Shown here: in pieces, positions 48,225 to 58,793 of the stretch
How positions within the stretch are numbered: position 1 is the stretch's first letter
Layout: each line of letters starts with the position of its first letter
Source: an uncultured Flavobacteriaceae bacterium
Lineage (GTDB): Bacteria; Bacteroidota; Bacteroidia; Flavobacteriales; Flavobacteriaceae
Assembly: GCA_938084555.1 (NCBI GenBank)
Contig: CALKFR010000024.1
Span: 1,824 to 65,823 of the forward strand
Reading direction: 5' to 3'
DNA length: 64,000 nucleotides
Notes under the pieces: model-generated
What the model was told of the DNA's origin: nothing
Database searches by the model: none
What the model saw: only the letters and a program-made list of their open reading frames with translations
Program-made: the position numbers and the translations under genes

Positions 48225-49529
48225 ATGGCATGTGGAAGTTGTGGTACTGGGGAAGACGGTAAACCAAAAGGATGTAGGAGCAACGGAAGTTGCACAACAG
48301 GAGGTTGTGAAAAATTATCGGTTTTTGATTGGTTGTCAAATATGACTTTACCAAGCAATGAAACTCCCTTTAATATTTATGAAGTACGTTTTAAAAACGG
48401 GCGAAAGCATTTTTACAAGAATACAGATAATTTAACGATTTCCATGGGAGATGTTATTGCTGTAGAAGGATCTCCTGGACACGATATTGGAATTGTCTCT
48501 TTGGGTGGAGAATTGGTAAAAGTGCAGATGAAAAAAAGAAAAGTATCTTTTGAGAGTGAGGATATAAAGAAAATTTATCGAAAAGCTACCCAAAGAGACA
48601 TTGAAGTTTGGGAAAAAGCTCGTAATCGAGAATTAGAAACTCAAAAAAGAGGGAGAGAAATATTAGGAAGATTAGGATTAAAAATGAAGCTTTCTGATGT
48701 TGAGTATCAAGGAGATGGAAACAAAGCAACTTTTTATTACACGGCAGACACTCGAGTAGATTTTAGACAACTCATAAAGGATTTAGCAGGTGCTTTTTCA
48801 ATTAGAGTAGAAATGAAACAAGTTGGAGCTAGACAGGAGGCTGCTCGTTTAGGAGGTGTTGGTTCTTGCGGAAGAGAATTGTGTTGTTCTACATGGCTTA
48901 CAGATTTCAGGAAAGTAACAACAACAGCAGCTAGATATCAACAGTTATCTTTGAATCCATTAAAATTAGCTGGTCAATGCGGTAAATTAAAATGTTGTTT
49001 AAATTTTGAATTAGACACTTATTTAGATGCCTTGAATGACTTCCCAAAACAAGAAAAAATCTTAAAGACTGAAAAAGGAGATGCAGAATTTGTAAAAATG
49101 GATATCTTCAAAAAGACTCTTTGGTATACATACAAAGAAAACAGATCAAAATGGTTTAAGCTTAGTTTAGAACAGGTATTAGAAATTATAGATTTAAATA
49201 AAAATAATGAAGTAGCTATTCCGTTAGAAGAATATGAATCTGAAATAGAGGAGATAGTTGCAGTAGATTTTGAGAATGTAGTTGGTCAAGACAGCCTTAC
49301 TCGTTTCGATGTTCCAAAAAAGAGTAGAAGAAGAAATAGAAAAAATAAAAATCGAAATAAAGTAGCTGTTGGAGCTAATTCATCTCATCCAAAAAGGCAA
49401 CACAAGTCTAAGAATTCATCTCAATCAAATAATAAACCTCTAAACGTTCAAAAAAGGAATAATAAGAATAAGACACAAAACAAGAGAAGAAAACCTAAAC
49501 CAAATGCTAATAATAATCAAAAACAGTAA
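48225..49529 (+). CDS. ricT: RicT/YaaT (PSP1 domain) regulatory Fe-S protein
   Basis: RVDFRQL, GSCGRELCC, GQCGKLKCCL; extra N-terminal Cys motif and basic tail. Confidence 0.88.
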   Translation: MACGSCGTGEDGKPKGCRSNGSCTTGGCEKLSVFDWLSNMTLPSNETPFNIYEVRFKNGRKHFYKNTDNLTISMGDVIAVEGSPGHDIGIVSLGGELVKVQMKKRKVSFESEDIKKIYRKATQRDIEVWEKARNRELETQKRGREILGRLGLKMKLSDVEYQGDGNKATFYYTADTRVDFRQLIKDLAGAFSIRVEMKQVGARQEAARLGGVGSCGRELCCSTWLTDFRKVTTTAARYQQLSLNPLKLAGQCGKLKCCLNFELDTYLDALNDFPKQEKILKTEKGDAEFVKMDIFKKTLWYTYKENRSKWFKLSLEQVLEIIDLNKNNEVAIPLEEYESEIEEIVAVDFENVVGQDSLTRFDVPKKSRRRNRKNKNRNKVAVGANSSHPKRQHKSKNSSQSNNKPLNVQKRNNKNKTQNKRRKPKPNANNNQKQ

Positions 49530-50007
49530 GAGATTAATTCTTATTTTAGGAATATTAGTTGCTTTTGTTTCTTGTGATTCTAATAGCGTTTTTGATCAAT
49601 ACATATCACTCAAAAAAAATAGTTGGTTACTAACGGATTCATTAGACTTCAAGGTTACAATTAATGATACAATTTCTAGAAATAATGTATACATTAATAT
49701 TAGAAATAACAGGGAATATCAATTTAGTAATTTATATTTAATTACTCGTTTTGATTTTCCAAATGGCAAGAAAATTGTAGATACACTTCAATATGAAATG
49801 ACAGATAAAAATGGAAAATTTTTAGGCAAAGGAATTTCAGAAATTAAACACAGTAAACTCATTTTGAAAGAAAATATTATTTTTCCAATTTCAGGACAGT
49901 ATTCTATTTCAATATGGCAATCCATGAGAAGAAATGGTGAGATCAATGGAATTAATAAATTACATGGAGTTACAGATGTTGGTCTTAGAATTGAAAAAGT
50001 AAATTAG
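49504..50007 (+). CDS. gldH: gliding motility lipoprotein GldH
   Basis: Lipobox FVSC; YQFSNLYL, DTLQY, GKFLGKG, GVTDVGLRIEK. Confidence 0.88.
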   Translation: MLIIIKNSKRLILILGILVAFVSCDSNSVFDQYISLKKNSWLLTDSLDFKVTINDTISRNNVYINIRNNREYQFSNLYLITRFDFPNGKKIVDTLQYEMTDKNGKFLGKGISEIKHSKLILKENIIFPISGQYSISIWQSMRRNGEINGINKLHGVTDVGLRIEKVN

Positions 50008-50008
50008 A

Positions 50009-52309
50009 ATGAAAAAAAAGAATCAAACAAATTTTAAAAAATACATCAGACGATTTTGGTTGTTGGTTTTAGGAAGTTTCACATCTGTTTTACTACTATT
50101 TTTATTAGCGTCCTGGGGATTTTTTGGAGAACTACCAACATTTGAAGAATTAGAAAATCCAGAAAAAAATTTAGCTTCTGAAGTTATCTCCTCAGACGGG
50201 GTAACTCTCGGAAAGTATGCATTTAAAAATAGAACACCAGTAGGGTTTAAAGATCTTCCAGATAATCTTGTAAATGCTTTAATCGCAACTGAAGACGAAA
50301 GATTCTATGAACATTCCGGAATAGACTTTAGAGGATTGGCAAGAGCTATCGTAAAACTTGGTAAAGGAGGAGGAGCTAGTACAATAACACAACAATTAGC
50401 AAAAAATTTGTTTAATAAAGGAGGATCAAGTAGCACACTAAAAAGATTAACTCAAAAATTGAAAGAGTATATTGTTGCTACTAAGCTAGAACGGCAGTAT
50501 ACTAAAAATGAGATTATAGCGATGTATTTAAATACCCAAGGGTTTCTTTTTAATGCCATTGGGATTCGTTCGGCTTCTAGAATTTATTTTGGTAAAGAGC
50601 CTAAAGACTTAGATATACAAGAGTCAGCTATTTTAGTTGCGATGTTAAAAAACCCACGTCAGTTTAACCCTAATAGAGAAATTTCTAAAAAGAAATCTCT
50701 TACAAGAAGGAATGTGGTTTTTGCTCAAATGGCAAAAAATGAGTTTATCACTCAAGAGGAAAAAGATTCATTGCAAAAGTTACCGTTAAAAATAAATTTC
50801 ACTCCTGAAAGTCACAATGACGGATTAGCTACTTATTTTAGAGAATATCTTCGTGGGTATTTGAAAAAATGGGTAAAGAACAATCCAAAACCTAACGGAG
50901 ATTCATTCAACATCAATAGAGACGGATTAAAAATTTATGTAACACTAGACTCTAGGATGCAACAATATGCTCAGGAGGCAGTTCAAGAGCATATGTCTAA
51001 CCTTCAAAAGTACTTTTTCAAAGAACAACAAAAAAATGAAACAGCTCCATTTTATGACTTAGAAGAGGAGCAAATAGACGGTATATATCAAAGAGCAAGA
51101 AAAAGATCTGATCGTTACATAAGGATGAAAAAAAATGGATATTCAGTCAAACAAATAGATTCAGCTTTTAATACATCAACAGATATGAGAGTATTCTCAT
51201 GGAATGATCAAAGAGAGGTAGATACCATAATGTCTCCTAATGATTCCATAAAGTATTATAAAACTATTTTAAGATCAGGCTTATTATCTATAGAGCCACA
51301 AACAGGTCAAATTAAAGCTTGGGTAGGTGGGATTAATCATAAATATTTCAAATACGATCATGTAGATCAAGGGAAAAGACAAGTTGGTTCTACATTTAAG
51401 CCATTTGTATATGCAACAGCTATTAATCAATTACGTTTGTCTCCATGTGAAAAGTTTTCCAATACGCCTTACACCATCCCAAAAGGAAGATTTGGAATCC
51501 CTAAGTCTTGGACCCCAAAAAATTCTGGTGAGAAATATGGAGATGAAATTTCTCTGAAAGAAGCCTTAGCAAAATCAATCAATGTTATATCAGCAAGATT
51601 AATAGATATGGTAACTCCAGACAATGTAGTTCGCTTAGCAAAATCTGCAGGTATAGAAAGCAGGATTCCTAAGTCACCCTCAATTGCATTGGGCTCTGTA
51701 GAATTATCTCTAATGGAAATGACTGGTGCTTATGCAACTTTTGCTAATAAAGGAATGCGAGTTGAACCCAACATGTTATTACGTATTGAGGATAAAAATG
51801 GAACAGTATTAGCTGATTTTACTCCAGAAACGAAAGAGGTTCTAAGCGAAGAATCTAGCTTTGTAGTTTTAGAGCTCCTTAAAGGAGTAACTACAGCAGG
51901 ATCTGGCGTAAGACTTCGAACTTCAGATCACTACTATAAAGATATTATTACAGGGTTTCCTTATAAATTTACTAATCCAATAGCCGGTAAAACAGGAACA
52001 ACTCAAAATCATACAGATGGTTGGTTTATGGGTGTTGTGCCAAATTTGGCCACAGGAGTTTGGACAGGTGGTGAGGATAGAGCTGTTCACTTTGAAAATA
52101 TTGCTGAGGGTCAAGGAGCAACAATGTCACTTCCCACTTGGGCATTATTCATGAGGAAAGTTTATGCAGACAAAAGCTTAACTATTAGTCAGGAAGATTT
52201 TGAAAAACCTGAATATGTAGGTATAGATACCAATTGTGACAAAGAATCTGTAAATAAAGAAAATCCTATTAAAAAAAGATCATCAGTAGATGATGATATA
52301 GATTTTTAA
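50009..52309 (+). CDS. mrcA: class A penicillin-binding protein (PBP1A)
   Basis: EDERFYEHSG, GASTITQQLAKN, STFK, SIN, KTG motifs. Confidence 0.92.
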   Translation: MKKKNQTNFKKYIRRFWLLVLGSFTSVLLLFLLASWGFFGELPTFEELENPEKNLASEVISSDGVTLGKYAFKNRTPVGFKDLPDNLVNALIATEDERFYEHSGIDFRGLARAIVKLGKGGGASTITQQLAKNLFNKGGSSSTLKRLTQKLKEYIVATKLERQYTKNEIIAMYLNTQGFLFNAIGIRSASRIYFGKEPKDLDIQESAILVAMLKNPRQFNPNREISKKKSLTRRNVVFAQMAKNEFITQEEKDSLQKLPLKINFTPESHNDGLATYFREYLRGYLKKWVKNNPKPNGDSFNINRDGLKIYVTLDSRMQQYAQEAVQEHMSNLQKYFFKEQQKNETAPFYDLEEEQIDGIYQRARKRSDRYIRMKKNGYSVKQIDSAFNTSTDMRVFSWNDQREVDTIMSPNDSIKYYKTILRSGLLSIEPQTGQIKAWVGGINHKYFKYDHVDQGKRQVGSTFKPFVYATAINQLRLSPCEKFSNTPYTIPKGRFGIPKSWTPKNSGEKYGDEISLKEALAKSINVISARLIDMVTPDNVVRLAKSAGIESRIPKSPSIALGSVELSLMEMTGAYATFANKGMRVEPNMLLRIEDKNGTVLADFTPETKEVLSEESSFVVLELLKGVTTAGSGVRLRTSDHYYKDIITGFPYKFTNPIAGKTGTTQNHTDGWFMGVVPNLATGVWTGGEDRAVHFENIAEGQGATMSLPTWALFMRKVYADKSLTISQEDFEKPEYVGIDTNCDKESVNKENPIKKRSSVDDDIDF

Positions 52310-52357
52310 TATTGGATGAGTTTATTTTAATGAGTTTAAGAATCCAAAAAAAATGAA

Positions 52358-53059
52358 ATGATCAATAAAAAAGTAAATAATGTTGAGGAAGCATTATTAG
52401 GTGTTTCAAATAATATGACATTAATGTTAGGAGGCTTTGGCCTATGTGGGATACCAGAAAATGCAATTTCAGAATTAGTTAGATTAGAGGTTAAAAATTT
52501 AACATGCATTTCTAACAATGCAGGGATTGATAATTTTGGATTAGGATTATTATTACAAAATAAACAAATAAAAAAAATGATTTCTTCATATGTTGGTGAA
52601 AATGATGAATTTGAAAGGCAAATGTTATCTGGAGAATTAGAGGTTGAATTAACACCCCAAGGTACTCTGGCAGAAAAATGTAGAGCTGCTCAAGCAGGTT
52701 TTCCGGCCTTTTATACACCTGCTGGTTATGGTACCGAAGTAGCTCAAGGTAAGGAAGTTAGAGAGTTTTATGGGAAAATGTATGTTTTAGAACCTGCTTT
52801 CAAGGCTGATTTTGCTTTTGTAAAAGCTTGGAAAGGAGATGAAGCAGGCAATCTAATATTTAAAGGAACTGCTCGTAATTTTAATCCATTAATGTGTGGA
52901 GCTGCAACAATTACAGTTGCTGAGGTCGAGGAATTAGTTCCATTGGGAGAATTAGACCCAAATCAAATTCATACACCTGGAATTTTTGTTCAACGAATTT
53001 TTCAAGGAAAGAAATTTGAAAAAAGAATAGAGCAAAGAACTGTTAGAGAAAGAAGTTAG
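52358..53059 (+). CDS. scoA: 3-oxoacid CoA-transferase subunit A
   Basis: [30 protein letters not shown]. Confidence 0.93.
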   Translation: MINKKVNNVEEALLGVSNNMTLMLGGFGLCGIPENAISELVRLEVKNLTCISNNAGIDNFGLGLLLQNKQIKKMISSYVGENDEFERQMLSGELEVELTPQGTLAEKCRAAQAGFPAFYTPAGYGTEVAQGKEVREFYGKMYVLEPAFKADFAFVKAWKGDEAGNLIFKGTARNFNPLMCGAATITVAEVEELVPLGELDPNQIHTPGIFVQRIFQGKKFEKRIEQRTVRERS

Positions 53060-53061
53060 TT

Positions 53062-53715
53062 ATGTTAGATAAAAACGGAATAGCTAAAAGAATAGCAAAA
53101 GAAGTAAAAAACGGTTATTATGTAAACCTAGGTATTGGGATTCCTACACTTGTTGCCAACTTTGTAAGGGATGATATTGAAGTAGAATTTCAGAGTGAAA
53201 ATGGTATTCTTGGAATGGGACCATTTCCTTTTGAGGGCGAGGAGGATGCAGATATTATCAATGCAGGAAAGCAGACAATTACTACAATGCCAGGAGCAAG
53301 TTTTTTTGATTCTGCAACTAGTTTCTCAATGATAAGAGGCAAGCATGTTCATTTAACAATTTTAGGTGCTATGGAAGTGTCTGAAAATGGAGACATTGCT
53401 AACTGGAAAATTCCAGAGAAAATGGTAAAAGGAATGGGAGGCGCTATGGATTTGGTAGCTTCTGCTGATCATATAATTGTTGCTATGATGCACACCAACA
53501 AACGTGGCGAATCTAAATTGTTAAAAAGATGTTCCTTACCTCTTACTGGTGTAGGATGTGTTACCAAAGTAGTGACTAATTTAGCTGTTTTTGAAATTAA
53601 AAATAATCATTTTTATTTATTAGAAAGAGCTCCTGGAGTTAGTGTTGAGGAAATTAGAAATGCTACTGAAGGGACACTGGTAGTTGAGGGTGAAATTCCA
53701 GAAATGAATTTATAA
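53062..53715 (+). CDS. scoB: 3-oxoacid CoA-transferase subunit B
   Basis: NLGIGIP, QSENG (catalytic Glu), GMGGAMDL. Confidence 0.93.
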   Translation: MLDKNGIAKRIAKEVKNGYYVNLGIGIPTLVANFVRDDIEVEFQSENGILGMGPFPFEGEEDADIINAGKQTITTMPGASFFDSATSFSMIRGKHVHLTILGAMEVSENGDIANWKIPEKMVKGMGGAMDLVASADHIIVAMMHTNKRGESKLLKRCSLPLTGVGCVTKVVTNLAVFEIKNNHFYLLERAPGVSVEEIRNATEGTLVVEGEIPEMNL

Positions 53716-53724
53716 ATTGATGTT

Positions 53725-54486
53725 ATGAAAATTATCTCATACAATGTAAATGGCATAAGAGCAGCTATTAAAAAAGGAATGTTAGATTGGTTGCAATCTG
53801 CTAAGCCTGATGTGTTCTGTATTCAAGAAACAAAGGCGCAACAAGATCAAGTAGATGCTGAGCTTATTAAATCTGCTGGATATCCCTATCAATATTGGTT
53901 TTCTGCAAAGAAAAAAGGATATTCTGGAGTGGCTATTTTTTGTAAAAAAGAGCCAAACCACATTGAATATGGAACTGGTATTGAAACTATGGATTTTGAA
54001 GGTAGAAACCTTCGAGTAGATTTTGACGAGGTTTCTGTGATGAGTATGTACTTACCCTCAGGGACTAATGATTTAAGATTAGATTTCAAATTTAATTATA
54101 TGGAAGAAATTCAGGAATATGTAAATAATTTAAAGAAGTCAATTCCCAATTTAGTAATTTGTGGAGATTATAATATTTGTCATGAGGCCATAGACATACA
54201 CAATCCAAAAATGAAGGGAGTTTCTGGATTTTTACCTGAAGAAAGAACATGGATTGGGAACTTTATAAATAATGGCTTTATAGACAGTTTTCGTCATTTA
54301 AATAAAGAACCACATCATTATAGCTGGTGGAGTTATAGAGCTAATTCTAGAGCTAATAATAAAGGTTGGAGAATAGATTATAATATGGTATCCCTTCCAT
54401 TAAAAGATACTATTTCTAGGGCATTTATTTTACCTGAAGCAAAACATTCCGATCATTGTCCAATTGGTGTAGAATTACAATTTTAA
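53725..54486 (+). CDS. xth: exodeoxyribonuclease III
   Basis: SYNVNGIRA, QETK, GDYN, GWRIDY, SDHCP. Confidence 0.95.
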   Translation: MKIISYNVNGIRAAIKKGMLDWLQSAKPDVFCIQETKAQQDQVDAELIKSAGYPYQYWFSAKKKGYSGVAIFCKKEPNHIEYGTGIETMDFEGRNLRVDFDEVSVMSMYLPSGTNDLRLDFKFNYMEEIQEYVNNLKKSIPNLVICGDYNICHEAIDIHNPKMKGVSGFLPEERTWIGNFINNGFIDSFRHLNKEPHHYSWWSYRANSRANNKGWRIDYNMVSLPLKDTISRAFILPEAKHSDHCPIGVELQF

Positions 54487-54489
54487 TAG

Positions 54490-55986
54490 ATGAAAAAACA
54501 GTATTTTTTATTTCTCTTTTTACTTTCAACATTTGCTATTTCACAAGTTAAAATAGACAGTATATCCATTAATAAAGATTCTGTGAAGCAACTACCGGAA
54601 GAGGGGATATATTCAGCTAAAGACATCGCTCGTATTGACAGTTTAATTTTAGAGAATCAACTTCAGTCTGTCTTTATGGATGAAATTAAGGAGTACTATA
54701 TCTCTAATACAGATACTACAGATGTTTCAGAAATACCTTTAGATATAGCTTTGTTAAAAGAGAGACTTGTTTTAATTAATGAAACTACTCCTTTCCATTT
54801 GGCCTATAATCCTGCCTTAGAAAAAATTATTAAATCTTACTTAAAAACTAGAAGAAAATATTATCCAAACTTTATGTCTAGAGCGGCCTATTATTTTCCA
54901 ATGATTGAAAAGTATTTAGATCAATACGATATTCCTTTAGAAATGAAGTATTTGGCCTTAGTGGAATCTGCTTTGAAGCCAAAAGCAAAGTCTAGAGTTG
55001 GAGCTACTGGTCTTTGGCAATTTATGTACCCAACAGGGAAACAATACAACTTAAAGGTTAGCTCTTACGTAGATGAAAGACAAGATCCAATTAAATCAAC
55101 AATTGCTGCATGTAATTATCTGAATGACTTATATAAAATATTTGGAGACTGGGATTTGGCTCTAGCTGCTTACAACTCTGGCCCAGGGAATGTAAGTAAG
55201 GCCATTAGAAGATCAGGAGGGTATAAAAATTATTGGAATATTAGACCATTTCTGCCAAGAGAAACAGCAGATTATGTTCCTGCTTTTTATGCAACAATGT
55301 ATTTATTTACTTATGCTCAAGAACATAAATTAACTGGTAGTTCACCCAAAATTCATTTTTTTGAAACAGATACCATCTTAGTAAAAAAAACAGTAAGTTT
55401 TGATCAGATTACCGAACAAACAGGAATACCTACTGCCATGCTAGAGTTGTTAAATCCAGAATATAAATTGGATATCATCCCATTTGTAAAAAATAGAAAT
55501 TATACCCTAAGAATACCAACAAAACTAGTGCATAATTTTTTGAAAAATGAGGAAGCTCTTTATGTTCTAGTTGATTCAGATTTGGCTAAGAGAGAGCAAC
55601 CTCTACCTCAATATTTTGAGATGGATAAAAGAATTCGCTACAGGGTCATTAATGGTGATTATTTAGGTAAAATTGCCTACAAGTATGGAGTTAGAGTTAG
55701 TGATATAAAAAGATGGAACGGACTTAAAAACAATAATTTAAGAATTGGCCAGCGTTTGAGTATCTATCCAAAAAGACTTCGTGTTCCTAAAACATCGGAT
55801 ACATTAACAACAAGTAATGCTTCAAAAGGAAAGCCAATAATCTATATTGTTAAAAAAGGAGACTCCCTTTGGACCATCGCTAAAAAATTTAAAAAAGTTA
55901 CTGTAAATCAAATTAAAGAATGGAACAATATTTGGAGTGTTAAAAGTATTCAGCCTGGAAAAAAACTTAAAATTTTTAAAAGTTAA
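54490..55986 (+). CDS. mltD: lytic transglycosylase with two LysM domains (MltD-like)
   Basis: LVES, ATGLWQFM, AAYNSG, C-terminal LysM repeats. Confidence 0.9.
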   Translation: MKKQYFLFLFLLSTFAISQVKIDSISINKDSVKQLPEEGIYSAKDIARIDSLILENQLQSVFMDEIKEYYISNTDTTDVSEIPLDIALLKERLVLINETTPFHLAYNPALEKIIKSYLKTRRKYYPNFMSRAAYYFPMIEKYLDQYDIPLEMKYLALVESALKPKAKSRVGATGLWQFMYPTGKQYNLKVSSYVDERQDPIKSTIAACNYLNDLYKIFGDWDLALAAYNSGPGNVSKAIRRSGGYKNYWNIRPFLPRETADYVPAFYATMYLFTYAQEHKLTGSSPKIHFFETDTILVKKTVSFDQITEQTGIPTAMLELLNPEYKLDIIPFVKNRNYTLRIPTKLVHNFLKNEEALYVLVDSDLAKREQPLPQYFEMDKRIRYRVINGDYLGKIAYKYGVRVSDIKRWNGLKNNNLRIGQRLSIYPKRLRVPKTSDTLTTSNASKGKPIIYIVKKGDSLWTIAKKFKKVTVNQIKEWNNIWSVKSIQPGKKLKIFKS

Positions 55987-55990
55987 TTAC

Positions 55991-56971
55991 ATGAAAAAAA
56001 TCATCTCTGTTCTATGTATTACTGTATTATTAACTTCATGTATGGATAATAAGGTTGTATTGCCAAGATCTGTTGGGGCATTTAATAAAGTTACAGTAGT
56101 TGCAAAAGGCTCTTTATGGACTGGTTCTATTGGAGATCAAATTAGAAGTTCTTTTGGTGAATTAATGGTAGGCTTACCTCAACCAGAAAAAACGCTATCT
56201 ATTGGTCATGTGGCTCCGAATGGCTTTACTTCGATGATGCGAAGTAATAGAAATATTCTAATTGTTGAATTAAGTGATAAAGATAGTTTTACTAAAATTT
56301 ATAATAAATATGCTAGTCCTCAGACCATAGTTTATGTATCTTCAAAAGATAAGCTAGGGCTTGAAAAAGTCTTGCAAAAAAATATGAAAGAGGTAATAAA
56401 AATTTTCAAAGATTCAGACATTAAGGTAATGCAAGGGGTTTTTTACAATAAAAGAGTTAATGATTCTATGTATAAAACACTCAAAAACTTAAATATATCA
56501 TTAACGATTCCAAAAGAATTTAAAACAGTTGATGATACAGGAGAATTTCTTTGGTTAAGACAGCATTTAAAAAGTGGAATTGCTAGAGGTGCAGGGAATA
56601 ACAACATTTTAGTGTATTCTTTGCCGTTAACTGATAAAACAATATCTCAAGAAAATATAGTTTCTATGAGAGATGAAATAGGCAAGAAATATATTCCAGG
56701 CTCAAGAGAAGGAATGTATATGATAACAGAAGCTGCATATATTCCAAAAACTCTACAAACCGAAATACTAGGAGTTAAGGCATTTGAGACTAGAGGAAAG
56801 TGGGAAGTAAAAAATGATTTTATGGCTGGTCCTTTTTTAAATTACGCCATTATTGATCAAAAAAATGATAGACTTTTAGTTGTTGAAGGATTTACTTATG
56901 CGCCTTCAGTTAATAAAAGAGAATTTCTTTTTGAATTGGAAGCAATTGCTAAATCACTAAAAATAAATTAA
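55991..56971 (+). CDS. DUF4837-like lipoprotein
   Basis: Start MKKIISV with lipobox LTSC; GLPQPE, RGKWE, MAGPF, YAPSVNKR. Confidence 0.8.
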   Translation: MKKIISVLCITVLLTSCMDNKVVLPRSVGAFNKVTVVAKGSLWTGSIGDQIRSSFGELMVGLPQPEKTLSIGHVAPNGFTSMMRSNRNILIVELSDKDSFTKIYNKYASPQTIVYVSSKDKLGLEKVLQKNMKEVIKIFKDSDIKVMQGVFYNKRVNDSMYKTLKNLNISLTIPKEFKTVDDTGEFLWLRQHLKSGIARGAGNNNILVYSLPLTDKTISQENIVSMRDEIGKKYIPGSREGMYMITEAAYIPKTLQTEILGVKAFETRGKWEVKNDFMAGPFLNYAIIDQKNDRLLVVEGFTYAPSVNKREFLFELEAIAKSLKIN

Positions 56972-56978
56972 GATTAAT

Positions 56979-57947
56979 TTAATAGCCTATTTTATTTCGA
57001 ACTCTTTTTAAAACCTCACCCGCAACTTTTCTTGCTTTGGTTGCTCCAATTTCCAAGGCTTTATCAATTTCATTTTTATTTTCCATAAAATAAAAATAGC
57101 GTTCTCTTACAATAGCATATTTGTCAATGATTAGCTCGTACAATTCTTGTTTAGCATGCCCATAACCATAGTTTCCTCCTTCATATTTTATTCTCATTTC
57201 TGCAATTTCACTTTCGGAAGCTAATAATTTATATAAAGCAAAAATAGTATCATTATCTGGGTTTTTAGGGTCTTCAAGAGATTTACTATCTGTCTTTATA
57301 GACATTATTTGTTTTCTTAATTTTTTATCAGGCAAGAAAATATTTATAATGTTATCTCTAGATTTACTCATTTTTTGGCCATCAGTTCCAGGAACTAGTT
57401 TTGTTTCTTCCTGGATTTTTGCTTTGGGAGGAACTAAAGTTTCACCCACAATATTATTAAATCGGTTGGCTACATCTCTAGACATTTCTAAATGTTGAAG
57501 TTGATCTTTTCCTACAGGAACAATTTCTGCATCATATAATAGAATATCTGCTGCCATTAACATAGGATATGTAAAAAGTCCAGAATTCACATCAGCCAAT
57601 CGATCTGCTTTATCCTTAAAACTGTGTGCTAAGGTTAATCTTTGATAAGGAAAAAAACAACTTAAATACCATGCGAGCTCTGTTACTTCAGGAACATCAC
57701 TTTGTCTATAAAAAACAGTTTTATTAATATTAAGACCACAAGCTAGCCAAGTTGCAGCTGTACTGTATGTATTTTCTCTTAATGCATCTCCATCTTTAAT
57801 TTGAGTAAGAGAATGCATGTCTGCAATAAATAAAAATGCATCATTCTCTGCCTTGTTAGACATTTCTAAAGCAGGGAAAATGGCTCCTAAAAGGTTTCCT
57901 AAATGAGGTGTTCCTGTACTTTGAACACCTGTTAATATTCTAGACAT
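56979..57947 (-). CDS. trpS: tryptophan--tRNA ligase
   Basis: HLGN, YPMLMAADIL, VGKDQLQHLE, KMSKS. Confidence 0.97.
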   Translation of the reverse strand: MSRILTGVQSTGTPHLGNLLGAIFPALEMSNKAENDAFLFIADMHSLTQIKDGDALRENTYSTAATWLACGLNINKTVFYRQSDVPEVTELAWYLSCFFPYQRLTLAHSFKDKADRLADVNSGLFTYPMLMAADILLYDAEIVPVGKDQLQHLEMSRDVANRFNNIVGETLVPPKAKIQEETKLVPGTDGQKMSKSRDNIINIFLPDKKLRKQIMSIKTDSKSLEDPKNPDNDTIFALYKLLASESEIAEMRIKYEGGNYGYGHAKQELYELIIDKYAIVRERYFYFMENKNEIDKALEIGATKARKVAGEVLKRVRNKIGY

Positions 57948-58028
57948 TATTTTAGTATTTATTAAAACAAAAATACAGTTTTCAATATAAACTCAAACAA
58001 ACAAAAGAATATTACTACATTCGTTAAT

Positions 58029-58793
58029 ATGAATTTATTAAAAATACCTTTTCTACTGGTCTGGAGGCTTTGGTTTTATGTTTTAATACTGATTACTGTT
58101 TTATTAATGTCTCCCTTTTTATTTGTTTTAACTATAAAAGAAAGTTATTACCCTACTTTTTGGAAATTAATACGAGGATGGGCTCATGTATTGGTGTATG
58201 GGATGGGTTTTAGAATAGATAAACAATTAGATGAGATTTTAGATAGAGATAAAAGCTATATGTTTTGTCCTAATCATGCCTCATTAATGGATCCATTTGT
58301 ACTAATAGTTTTAAGTAAAAATCCGATAGTGTTTGTAGGGAAAAAGGAATTAGTAAAAATTCCAATTTTTGGATTTTTTTACAAGCGGGCAGTAATCATG
58401 GTAGATAGAAGTAGTCCAGAGAGTAGAAAAAGAGTTTTTGCGATGGCTAAAAAGAGGCTCCAAGGAGGAACTAGTATTGGGATTTTTCCAGAGGGATTAG
58501 TTCCAACCGAGGATGTAATTTTAGCACCATTTAAAAATGGAGCATTTAGTTTAGCCATACAACATCAAATTCCGATAGTACCTCAAACATATTATGATTG
58601 TAAAAGATTATTTTCTTGGAATTTTTTGAAAGGAGGAACAGGAACTTTTAGAATCCGTCAACACCAATTTATAGATACAAAAGGGCTTAAGTTTGAGGAT
58701 GCAGAAAAATTAAAAGAAAAGATATTTCAAATAATACACAACGAATTATCTTCTGACTCTTTATATATGAAAGATACAAATAGAACAAAATGA
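58029..58793 (+). CDS. lysophospholipid acyltransferase (PlsC family)
   Basis: NHASLMD, FPEG, PFKNGAF. Confidence 0.9.
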   Translation: MNLLKIPFLLVWRLWFYVLILITVLLMSPFLFVLTIKESYYPTFWKLIRGWAHVLVYGMGFRIDKQLDEILDRDKSYMFCPNHASLMDPFVLIVLSKNPIVFVGKKELVKIPIFGFFYKRAVIMVDRSSPESRKRVFAMAKKRLQGGTSIGIFPEGLVPTEDVILAPFKNGAFSLAIQHQIPIVPQTYYDCKRLFSWNFLKGGTGTFRIRQHQFIDTKGLKFEDAEKLKEKIFQIIHNELSSDSLYMKDTNRTK

